Shown: positions 1 to 6,798, numbered from the stretch's first letter. The stretch: DNA of 24,000 nt from Psittacicella hinzii (GCF_003585885.1 NZ_NRHC01000040.1:1-24000); one strand, 5' to 3'. The notes: generated by a model from the sequence alone, not told the origin. Program-made: numbers and translations.

Positions 1-135
1 GTGGTACTTATTTTTTATTTCAACTCCTAATAATTTTTTAGGGTGTTTATGGTCAAATAATTAATGACGTTAAATTTTTACACACTTTTATGCAATGAAA
101 ATCAACTAGTTAGATTTTATCACTCAATCACTATA

Positions 136-165
136 TTGACTACTAATCACATTTTGGGGTATTAT
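136..165 (+). promoter_or_regulatory. Candidate sigma70 promoter for the first island genes
   Basis: TTGACT (136-141), an 18-nt spacer, then TATTAT (160-165). ATCAC/AATCAC occurs three times (119-123, 126-131, 145-150) around the -35 box. This is sequence pattern only. Confidence 0.35.
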
Positions 166-272
166 ATGGTTGTAAAGAGAAGATTACAAACTTCTCAATG
201 GTCAAAAAAAAGATAAGTTACAGAGTTTAAAAAATCAAAAATCTACAACTTATCAAACAGGAATTTAAATCT

Positions 273-698
273 ATGAGCTTCTTTAAAAATTTAAAAAGCA
301 ATAAGGTGCAATTAAGATCCTACCTATTAAGACATCTATACAATGACTTAACTTCATTTAGTGAAAACTATACCGTTAGGGCTTACAGATTGTTTTGGGT
401 TGAAGCTGATGACTATATGCCTAACGATGTTATGAGTATAGATGTTAACTTTAAATCGGTTCATCTTTTAAAGATTAGAAAATCAACTGATCCGAATATT
501 GATGAAGAATATCGCAGACAGTGTAATCGAATTTTTAAATCTTTAGACAAAGGGAAATTAAGATACTTTCATTATTACGTAGTTTTATCAAATGGTGAAA
601 AACGTACCAATGTAGATGAAGATTTGAAAACATACGTAAAAGTCAAATACGATGATTTTACAGATGTAGATAACTACAATTGCAACCAATCAAACTAG
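273..698 (+). CDS. Hypothetical protein, 141 aa, no recognisable family
   Basis: Long ORF with an AGGA motif upstream of the ATG. Its leader shares motifs with the leader of the next gene. Confidence 0.6.
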   Translation: MSFFKNLKSNKVQLRSYLLRHLYNDLTSFSENYTVRAYRLFWVEADDYMPNDVMSIDVNFKSVHLLKIRKSTDPNIDEEYRRQCNRIFKSLDKGKLRYFHYYVVLSNGEKRTNVDEDLKTYVKVKYDDFTDVDNYNCNQSN

Positions 699-741
699 TG
701 AAACTAAAAGATAAGTCACAATCAAATACAGGACAACAAAT

Positions 742-1422
742 ATGAGTAAAATTTATTTTACATTTGAAGAGCAAGATATTATCAACAAAGAAATCGATGA
801 GGCTTGGAATAAATTATTAGAGCAGTACGAAAATATAAATTTCGATGAACTACTTTATACTTTACGTAATCTTTTTGATTATCTTAACTTTGACTATGAT
901 GATTATGGAATAAATTACCTTAAGTTAGCCATAGAAAGATTTGATTTAAGAGAGTATAGTAAAATCGAACCTCAATTATTACATCATACTAAAGAAATCA
1001 CAAGTAAGTACATAGGAGCTGGAGCTGGTTCTATTAGATCGGGTATTGAAGATTTTGAAAATTTAGCTTCAAAATTAAATCTTGTTTTTAATATAAATGA
1101 ACAGTTAAAAGAGCTTCTAACTCTTGCTAATAATGATAATTATGATCGTTCTAAAATATGGAAAATCTACGACTATCATAGATCTTGGTTACCTAGAAAG
1201 ATTGATTTAATACGTGATACTTCTAAAAAGAGCGTTGAGTATGAATTAGTAAGAAGCTTATTTATAATTGATGACGCTCATCCTAGAGGGGGGCACTGTG
1301 TTAGTAGCATGTCGACAATATCTTACGGGGTAGATGATAATCTTTATGTTAGAAATGAACATTTATGGGAAACATATAAAAAAACAAAGCTACTGCATGC
1401 CAAGAAACTAAATAAACTATAA
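742..1422 (+). CDS. Hypothetical acidic helical protein, 226 aa, paralogue of 1434-2054
   Basis: ORF with AGGA 9 nt upstream of the ATG. The central block FDLREYSKIEPQLLHHTKEITSKY...LNLVFNINEQLKELL aligns with FDKQEFSKAEIFISHSKEIASKH...LNMLFKIDERIKKIL of the next ORF. Confidence 0.7.
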   Translation: MSKIYFTFEEQDIINKEIDEAWNKLLEQYENINFDELLYTLRNLFDYLNFDYDDYGINYLKLAIERFDLREYSKIEPQLLHHTKEITSKYIGAGAGSIRSGIEDFENLASKLNLVFNINEQLKELLTLANNDNYDRSKIWKIYDYHRSWLPRKIDLIRDTSKKSVEYELVRSLFIIDDAHPRGGHCVSSMSTISYGVDDNLYVRNEHLWETYKKTKLLHAKKLNKL

Positions 1423-1433
1423 GGATTTTTACA

Positions 1434-2054
1434 ATGAAGATGAAAATGAAAAATTACGATTTAACAGTTTTAGAAAGAAGTGTAATCTGTTACGAAGCAG
1501 AGAAAGCTGAAGAAACCTTAAGAGAATGGGACGATAATTTTACAGATTTTGATATTCTTTTTAGAAAAGTACTAACTGCTGAAACTAAAGAAGAATATAG
1601 TCAAAATTTAAATTGCATTAAGGAAAAGTTTGATAAGCAAGAATTTAGTAAGGCTGAAATATTTATAAGTCATTCTAAAGAAATCGCTAGCAAACATAAA
1701 AGCACTGGGCTAGTATTTGGCGCTCTGTTAGAACTTGAAAATGTAGTTTCAGACTTAAATATGCTTTTCAAAATCGATGAAAGAATTAAAAAAATTCTAG
1801 CTAATTTGGAAGAAGAGGGAAAAGGTAATGATGAGTTTGTTAATAAATTAAAACTAGTTAGGGAAGCAACTCGTACTGTACGCACTGCTCACGAAGATAC
1901 CCCAGAATATAAATTATTAGAGGACTTAAAAGTGATTAAATGTGCTCTTTCTCAATTTGCTCATTTGGTTAATGTAATCATATGGCATGGACAAATTGAT
2001 AGTAGTGAAATTAATAGATTAAATATTATGCTAACAAATATAAGTAAAGTTTAA
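1434..2054 (+). CDS. Hypothetical protein, 206 aa, paralogue of 742-1422
   Basis: Begins 11 nt after the previous stop, with AGGA upstream. It is homologous to the preceding ORF across the central block. The start lies in an ATGAAGATGAAAATGAAA run, so the exact Met is ambiguous. Confidence 0.7.
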   Translation: MKMKMKNYDLTVLERSVICYEAEKAEETLREWDDNFTDFDILFRKVLTAETKEEYSQNLNCIKEKFDKQEFSKAEIFISHSKEIASKHKSTGLVFGALLELENVVSDLNMLFKIDERIKKILANLEEEGKGNDEFVNKLKLVREATRTVRTAHEDTPEYKLLEDLKVIKCALSQFAHLVNVIIWHGQIDSSEINRLNIMLTNISKV

Positions 2055-2090
2055 AAGAATATTACTAACAGTAATTAGTTTATAAAAAAA

Positions 2091-2116
2091 CACTAAGGGG
2101 TGGAGCCCCCTTAGTG
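2091..2116. terminator. Perfect 10-bp GC-rich hairpin (CACTAAGGGG / loop TGGAGC / CCCCTTAGTG) flanked by A7 upstream
   Basis: The inverted repeat was read directly. The A-run at 2084-2090 becomes a U-tail only for minus-strand transcripts. On the + strand the hairpin has no U-tail. Confidence 0.5.
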
Positions 2117-2147
2117 CCACATAAAACATAATTACTAAATTGCCTAC
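2111..2147 (+). repeat. Copy 1 of a conserved intergenic junction element (TTAGTGYCASATAAAACATAATTA...CCTAC)
   Basis: ttagtgccacataaaacataattactaaattgcctac matches 4761-4795 at about 31 of 37 positions with one 2-nt gap. It lies upstream of the gene at 2189. Confidence 0.6.
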
Positions 2148-2188
2148 TTTAAAAGGCGTAAACCCACTTAATTACGAGGAGTAATAAA

Positions 2189-2506
2189 ATGGATATTAAA
2201 GATCTTTATAGATCTTACCCTGATTATAGCATAGAAGAGCAGGAGAAGTATATAGCTCTTATTATTAATACTATGCAAAATAACTTAGATACTCTTAAGT
2301 ATTTAATTGCTAATCATTTTGAGCTTTTTAAAACTGATGAGTATTTATCTTTAGAAGTCCTTGCTAAATATCAGGCTGATATAGCTGAAAATTTTGATTA
2401 TAAAATAGATTTGTTAATGAAAGCTAGCGAGGATTTTTCTGAGTTTGAACGCAATTTTAAGGTTGAAAAAGGGGTATTAACCTACAAAAAAACTGAAAAA
2501 AATTGA
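2189..2506 (+). CDS. Hypothetical small acidic protein, 105 aa
   Basis: ORF with a strong GAGGAG SD 7 nt upstream of the ATG. The sequence is rich in D and E. Confidence 0.7.
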   Translation: MDIKDLYRSYPDYSIEEQEKYIALIINTMQNNLDTLKYLIANHFELFKTDEYLSLEVLAKYQADIAENFDYKIDLLMKASEDFSEFERNFKVEKGVLTYKKTEKN

Positions 2507-2513
2507 GAATATT

Positions 2514-2660
2514 ATGAAAAGTAAAAAGAAATTAATTAAAAGTTACAACGAAGTTATTAGTTCTCTAATAATCACAAAATTAGCCTTAGATTATGAAGAT
2601 AGGGAAGATATCGATGAAAAATTAATAGTAAATATAAAATCAGGTAAAGAAGAACTTTAA
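2514..2660 (+). CDS. Possible small protein, 48 aa (MKSKKKLIKSYNEVISSL...KSGKEEL)
   Basis: Found by manual translation and too short for the supplied ORF track. It fills the gap between 2506 and 2676 exactly, starting 7 nt after the upstream stop and ending 15 nt before the next start. The SD is weak. Confidence 0.4.
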   Translation: MKSKKKLIKSYNEVISSLIITKLALDYEDREDIDEKLIVNIKSGKEEL

Positions 2661-2675
2661 TTAAGGGATAAGATA

Positions 2676-3074
2676 ATGGCTAGAAAATCAGAAGACGAAA
2701 GACTTCGTCAGGTTATGGTGTTGCCAATTCTAACTCTAGTAAATAACTTAACCATAGAAGTGTCTAATCTGAAGAAAATGGTCGAAGATCTTCAAAAAAT
2801 ACATTTTGATACAGTTAATGATGTCAAGCCGTTTGCAAATGCTGTGGCTATTGCAAACGCGGCTCCTAGCCTCGACGAGGATTATATCGCATTATCTGAA
2901 GTTTGTAAACGTATAGGTGTACGTCGTGGAGATTATTTAGCTAGAGCTGAAATAGAAGTGGGGTATCCAAAGCCTGTGAGTATAGGCAAGGTTTTATTTC
3001 TTACTAGAGTGCAGTTTGCACATTTGCTCAATAATATTGAGAAAAAGAATAAAGCTAAAGCTTTAAGGAAATAA
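2676..3074 (+). CDS. AlpA/excisionase-family (MerR-like winged HTH) DNA-binding protein with an approximately 65-aa N-terminal helical extension
   Basis: The C-terminal segment LSEVCKRIGVRRGDYLARAEIEVGYPKPVSIGKVLFLTRVQFAHLL fits the AlpA/Xis pattern (L-EV---G-sR-----------FPKPV-lG-----w---ev--wl). An AAGGGA SD lies upstream. Confidence 0.6.
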   Translation: MARKSEDERLRQVMVLPILTLVNNLTIEVSNLKKMVEDLQKIHFDTVNDVKPFANAVAIANAAPSLDEDYIALSEVCKRIGVRRGDYLARAEIEVGYPKPVSIGKVLFLTRVQFAHLLNNIEKKNKAKALRK

Positions 3075-3099
3075 CAGTGGTATAAGCTAAAGCTTTAGC
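3052..3099. repeat. Two identical 14-nt repeats AAGCTAAAGCTTTA (3052-3065 and 3084-3097), each containing the palindrome TAAAGCTTTA; the second extends to the 14-bp perfect palindrome GCTAAAGCTTTAGC
   Basis: Read directly. The spacing is 32 bp. Copy 1 lies within the last codons of the AlpA-like gene and copy 2 is intergenic, upstream of 3177. Confidence 0.5.
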
Positions 3100-3176
3100 C
3101 ATGTTATTTGATAACAACTTTAGCATAGAAACGCTTACGCGTTTATAAAGACATCAGAGAAAATCAGAGTTCAAAA

Positions 3177-3740
3177 ATGAGATTACCAAAGGAAGATATT
3201 GAGCGATTTTGTACTTATAGCCTTGAAGTTGTTTTAAGGGATCTATATCAGTGCTTTAGCATTTTTAGCAGACAACGTTACGGGTTGAAAGAGCTATGTG
3301 ACAACGTAATGGGTTATATGGATTTTAAACAAAATTCTCATTTGGAAAAGTTCGGAAGCTTAAAAGATTATAACTTTTCTAGTGATATAAATAATCTTGA
3401 ACTTTTCTTTTATATCATGACTAAAAAATTGGTAAAAACATGGATACGAGAATTATCTTGGAGTGAAGATTGTTTTTATTCTTTTGATAGCGAAACTATG
3501 GAAACAGTTAAAAAAACAGTTACTGCAACTGGAAATAAAGCTGATCTTAGCTGTCGATTATCTGATGTATTTCTTACCTTTGCGTCATGGTTGACTGATT
3601 GCTTTAGAGATGTAGAAGATAATTATGGAGTAAGCATTTCTATCGTTAAATGTCATAATTTTGTTTCTTATGATTTCTCATCTTCTGAATTCTGTAAGTT
3701 TGCAGTCAAATTTCATGGAGTAAAACTGGACTACTTATAG
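3177..3740 (+). CDS. Hypothetical protein, 187 aa, possible distant member of the 4270/4809/5418 paralogue family
   Basis: Long ORF. It shares the CF...RYG and D-V-F/L-x-x-F motifs with the 4809 ORF at similar relative positions. This is a weak by-eye match. Confidence 0.6.
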   Translation: MRLPKEDIERFCTYSLEVVLRDLYQCFSIFSRQRYGLKELCDNVMGYMDFKQNSHLEKFGSLKDYNFSSDINNLELFFYIMTKKLVKTWIRELSWSEDCFYSFDSETMETVKKTVTATGNKADLSCRLSDVFLTFASWLTDCFRDVEDNYGVSISIVKCHNFVSYDFSSSEFCKFAVKFHGVKLDYL

Positions 3741-3742
3741 TT

Positions 3743-3919
3743 ATGTATAAATTTTATTTAGTACCTAAAAAGGAGTCAGAATGTGTAAGTAATAAGGTAG
3801 CTAGCCGTTTCTTTTTAAGAATGCTTTACAACCTTATGCAGAATAAAAATGTATATGTTAATGAAGAAGTCATAACTCTTGAACCTTGCGGAAAATACGG
3901 CTTTTATTTTCTGCCGTAA
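3743..3919 (+). CDS. Possible small protein, 58 aa (MYKFYLVPKKESECVSNK...GKYGFYFLP)
   Basis: Found by manual translation. The ATG lies 2 nt after the stop of 3177-3740, and the stop is embedded in the hairpin at 3899-3927. It falls just under the length cut-off of the ORF track and has no clear SD. Confidence 0.35.
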   Translation: MYKFYLVPKKESECVSNKVASRFFLRMLYNLMQNKNVYVNEEVITLEPCGKYGFYFLP

Positions 3920-3927
3920 TAAAAGCC
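3899..3927 (+). terminator. AT-rich hairpin GGCTTTTATT / 9-nt loop / AATAAAAGCC followed by TTTAAAA
   Basis: Perfect 10-bp inverted repeat read directly. An alternative pairing TACGGC/GCCGTA overlaps it. The U-tail is short, so terminator function is uncertain. Confidence 0.3.
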
Positions 3928-3955
3928 TTTAAAATAACTTTGAGGCATTACGACA

Positions 3956-4309
3956 GTGCAGAATATTTATCTATTTACGAAACACTTACCTCCTCCAAGA
4001 GCTTATAAAAACTTTTTCTGGGATTTAGTTTATTCTCATAAAGATTTAGGCACTTATATTTTTGAAGAAGAGGATTATCCTCTAGAACTAGCTATGTATA
4101 TATGTATAGATCTTTTTGATTTCTTATCTAAAAATTTAGTTTTAACCTTAAACAGTATAGGTGAACTTTATTTTAAATCTTCTTATTGTTACCATAGTTT
4201 TGAAGATGATATAACTGGGATAGAAGTCTCACTCCCTTGTGTCTTAAATCTTGAAGAGGTTAACGGAAAATGCAAAATTGTAATACACAAAGAAGCGACA
4301 GTATCATAA
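3956..4309 (+). CDS. Hypothetical protein, 117 aa (GTG start)
   Basis: ORF with GAGG 10 nt upstream of the GTG. No family recognised. Confidence 0.5.
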   Translation: MQNIYLFTKHLPPPRAYKNFFWDLVYSHKDLGTYIFEEEDYPLELAMYICIDLFDFLSKNLVLTLNSIGELYFKSSYCYHSFEDDITGIEVSLPCVLNLEEVNGKCKIVIHKEATVS

Positions 4310-4764
4310 GCCAGATTAACTCACTTACCAAGACATTTCAGAATGATGACCGTACTCTTTTAAAGGGAGCTCTTCATCGCATGCTTGCATGGTATGACAA
4401 GCTATCAGATAGGTATATGGATTATTATGCCGTTAGTGGTGATCATTATGTAATGTTGTATTTACTAGAGCAACTCATACGTTGTAAATACAATAATGAA
4501 CAAGAGCTATCAGTTGCTAAAGAAATAGTTAAAAACTTAAGACGTTATTATATCTTCACACTAACTTCTCCAAAAGGATCACAAGAGTGTGATGAGTATA
4601 TTAAAGATATGATTTTAGAATTTAAGCAATATATTGGTCGCAATTTAATTGTTGTTTTAGGGGAACAGTGGAGTGTTATTTTTAGAGATGAAGATTTTAA
4701 TATTCTCAAAGATAATGACCTGACCACAAGTGCATATTTTAAAATCGAGAAGATAACCAATTAG
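4270..4764 (+). CDS. Hypothetical protein, 164 aa, paralogue-family member
   Basis: ORF that overlaps the previous ORF by 40 nt if the first ATG is used, so the true start is uncertain. LLEQLIRCKY aligns with LLEKLIECYD of the 5418 ORF, and the D-M-I-L-E-F-x-x-x-I motif is shared. Confidence 0.6.
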   Translation: MQNCNTQRSDSIISQINSLTKTFQNDDRTLLKGALHRMLAWYDKLSDRYMDYYAVSGDHYVMLYLLEQLIRCKYNNEQELSVAKEIVKNLRRYYIFTLTSPKGSQECDEYIKDMILEFKQYIGRNLIVVLGEQWSVIFRDEDFNILKDNDLTTSAYFKIEKITN

Positions 4765-4795
4765 TGTCAGATAAAACATAATTATAAAACCTACA
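4761..4795 (+). repeat. Copy 2 of the conserved intergenic junction element
   Basis: ttagtgtcagataaaacataattataaaacctac. It starts at the stop codon of 4270-4764 and ends 13 nt before the GTG at 4809. Confidence 0.6.
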
Positions 4796-4808
4796 AGAGG
4801 GAATTAAA

Positions 4809-5378
4809 GTGTATAAGCACAACTGGAAATATTTAGATAGAGATCTTAAAGCTTTAGCTAAAGATCTACTAAATGACATAAAACAGAGAAATGTGGAAGC
4901 TTTAGCAATTTGTTTTCACAATAATCTGGAAAGCCTTGAAAGAGTTAGGTACGGTCATAAATTAAATCTTGAAGACTTTACTACCATGCAATTTGGAGTC
5001 AATGATTTGCTTTACAGTTATATCGCTATTTTTGTTATGCAAGGGTACGATAAGAAAATGGGACTGGAAGAGTTTCAGAAACGTCAAACAAAAATTAACA
5101 TGTTAATTGGTAATCTACCATTGTTATTTTCTACTGATAGGCATATCTATGGAATTAGAGATAAAGAGCTAAAGCTAATTCTGGAAGATGTGCTGAATGA
5201 GTTTATCTTATTTATACGTACAGATCTGAAGAAAGTTGTAGGTAATTTTAAATTAGAGTTTAAGGACTGTTTTAATAACAAGATTAGTGGTAAAGATCTT
5301 CAGACATTAGCATGCTTTTACACTGCAAATCCAACTAATGAAGAATATCCAACTATCGACCCTTATCATTTTATTTGA
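4809..5378 (+). CDS. Hypothetical protein, 189 aa (GTG start), paralogue-family member
   Basis: ORF with an AGAGGGA SD upstream. The motifs CFHNNLESLERVRYG and LEDVLNEFILFI are shared with neighbouring ORFs. Confidence 0.65.
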   Translation: MYKHNWKYLDRDLKALAKDLLNDIKQRNVEALAICFHNNLESLERVRYGHKLNLEDFTTMQFGVNDLLYSYIAIFVMQGYDKKMGLEEFQKRQTKINMLIGNLPLLFSTDRHIYGIRDKELKLILEDVLNEFILFIRTDLKKVVGNFKLEFKDCFNNKISGKDLQTLACFYTANPTNEEYPTIDPYHFI

Positions 5379-5417
5379 CCAGTCATAACGTGTAACAATT
5401 TGTAATAAGGAATTTAA

Positions 5418-6023
5418 ATGTCTATTTCTCAATTAAGTGCTTTTCAATTAAGTAAAGAAGAACTTAAACAGTTCGAAGAGCAAATGGTAGGGCTTAGATA
5501 CTTTTTTAATAATGATATTAATAACGCCGTACTGTTAAAATGCTTTAACAATTTATATGCAAGCTTAAAGAAGCACAAAGCCCCAAGTGTAGCTCTATTT
5601 TCTGAAACAAAAATAATGGTGCTCAGAAGTGACATGTTACTTGAGAAACTTATAGAATGCTATGATAGTGAATGGTGCAGAGGTAAATCTACCTATAAGC
5701 TATCACAATCGAAGCTTATCAACGCAATTTTTAAAATATACGATCATGATCTTAATTACCTAGAGGATATAAACTCAACTCTAGTAGGCAGAGCTGCGCA
5801 GGATATTATCTGGAAGTTTGAGGATAAAATTAGGGATTGGTTTAGAGGTACTTTAGCAACTGTAGGCTTAGATCTTGAATATTACAACGACGCACTTGAG
5901 TATATAGAAGATCTCAATAAGGTGAAAGATGATAGTTTTGATTTATATTCTATCTATAACCCTATGATTTTTTACTTTCGTATAGAAACAATTAAATCAG
6001 TATTAGAGAAAGAAAGTTATTAG
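5418..6023 (+). CDS. Hypothetical acidic protein, 201 aa, paralogue-family member
   Basis: ORF with an AAGGA SD 8 nt upstream. The motifs CFNNLYASLKK, LLEKLIECYD and QDIIWKFEDKI are shared with 4270 and 4809. Confidence 0.7.
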   Translation: MSISQLSAFQLSKEELKQFEEQMVGLRYFFNNDINNAVLLKCFNNLYASLKKHKAPSVALFSETKIMVLRSDMLLEKLIECYDSEWCRGKSTYKLSQSKLINAIFKIYDHDLNYLEDINSTLVGRAAQDIIWKFEDKIRDWFRGTLATVGLDLEYYNDALEYIEDLNKVKDDSFDLYSIYNPMIFYFRIETIKSVLEKESY

Positions 6024-6035
6024 CAATTTTATACC

Positions 6036-6131
6036 ATGTACTTCGAAACGACTTTAGTTATATTTATTCTTATTTTTATGCTTGCTATAGAGAGCAAAGC
6101 GGTCGACCATTTGCTTAATATGGTGGTATAG
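6036..6131 (+). CDS. Possible 31-aa hydrophobic peptide (MYFETTLVIFILIFMLAIESKAVDHLLNMVV)
   Basis: Found by manual translation. It has one predicted TM-like stretch and lies between the 5418 gene and the terminator at 6142-6179. No SD. Confidence 0.3.
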   Translation: MYFETTLVIFILIFMLAIESKAVDHLLNMVV

Positions 6132-6141
6132 AGAAACTTTG

Positions 6142-6179
6142 AGGTTAGCTTATAGGCAACTTTAGCTGACCTTTTTTTT
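6142..6179 (+). terminator. Rho-independent terminator candidate (AGGTTAGCT / 13-nt loop / AGCTGACCT + T8)
   Basis: A 9-bp stem with one G-U pair, followed by eight T residues. Read directly. Confidence 0.55.
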
Positions 6180-6225
6180 AAACTTAACTTTTTTGAGCTT
6201 TTGTTGAAAGCTAACAGGTAATTAT

Positions 6226-6303
6226 ATGAAATTTAATTATAATACCGCCATGTCGGTGATAGACTTCATTCTTGTCTGCCTTGTCATTATATCTTGCTAT
6301 TGA
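6226..6303 (+). CDS. Possible 25-aa hydrophobic peptide (MKFNYNTAMSVIDFILVCLVIISCY)
   Basis: Found by manual translation, with a weak AGG upstream. A second hydrophobic stretch (LICLLGVWAIVLAVDMIVEAYNSI, 6300-6374) continues in the -1 frame. Confidence 0.3.
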   Translation: MKFNYNTAMSVIDFILVCLVIISCY

Positions 6304-6413
6304 TTTGTTTATTAGGTGTTTGGGCTATAGTGTTGGCTGTTGACATGATTGTAGAAGCATACAACAGTATCTAAACTATAAAGACACTTTCAAGTTTAAG
6401 GATTAGTATTAAT

Positions 6414-6656
6414 ATGAAACCAGTAAAACATGAAGCTCCCATGAAATATGAAGATCCTCGAGATTTAAATGAATTTCAACTTTCAACATGGGCAGAGTAT
6501 AGTTTAAAATTTATAAGTATTTCGTTTAATATTGCGTTTGTTTTGATATGTATAAGTGCTTTAATAATAGCGGTTTTATTTTTTGTTTCTATAATTGGAG
6601 AACTATCTTTAAAAGTTGTTGAGATATACAATTTAATCAAGATCTCCTTAAGCTAA
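6414..6656 (+). CDS. Small membrane protein, 80 aa
   Basis: Track ORF. A hydrophilic N-terminus is followed by a roughly 30-residue hydrophobic segment FISISFNIAFVLICISALIIAVLFFVSIIG. Confidence 0.5.
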   Translation: MKPVKHEAPMKYEDPRDLNEFQLSTWAEYSLKFISISFNIAFVLICISALIIAVLFFVSIIGELSLKVVEIYNLIKISLS

Positions 6657-6684
6657 GTAATAATCACACATTGTGAGGAAAAAA

Positions 6685-6798
6685 ATGGATAGATATCTCA
6701 AAATCTTTTTGTTCATAGGAATATGCTGGTTTGGTATTGAACTAATAAACCTAATAGCTGAACTTGTAAAACTTTACATCTATATATCTAATAAATAA
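6685..6798 (+). CDS. Possible 37-aa single-pass membrane peptide (MDRYLKIFLFIGICWFGIELINLIAELVKLYIYISNK)
   Basis: Found by manual translation. A strong GAGGA SD lies 6 nt upstream of the ATG, and the ORF fills the gap before the primase gene. Confidence 0.5.
   Translation: MDRYLKIFLFIGICWFGIELINLIAELVKLYIYISNK

Noticed and set aside
2098-2105. GGTGGAGC in the loop and stem of the 2091-2116 hairpin matches the ssrA 3' end (TGGTGGAGC), raising the possibility of an att remnant
   Set aside because: Only 8 nt match, which is expected by chance roughly once in a window of this size, and the flanking bases do not continue the tmRNA sequence.
3956-4764. Programmed -1 frameshift fusing ORF 3956-4309 to ORF 4270-4764 (40-nt overlap, downstream frame is -1)
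   Set aside because: There is no X-XXY-YYZ slippery heptamer in the overlap in the correct frame and no obvious downstream stimulatory structure. An ordinary overlapping or mis-called start is more likely.
6226-6374. A single frameshifted pseudogene encoding a roughly 49-aa two-TM protein (25-aa ORF plus a hydrophobic continuation in the -1 frame)
   Set aside because: This cannot be told apart from two chance hydrophobic frames in T-rich DNA without homologues. Only the 25-aa ORF is listed, at low confidence.
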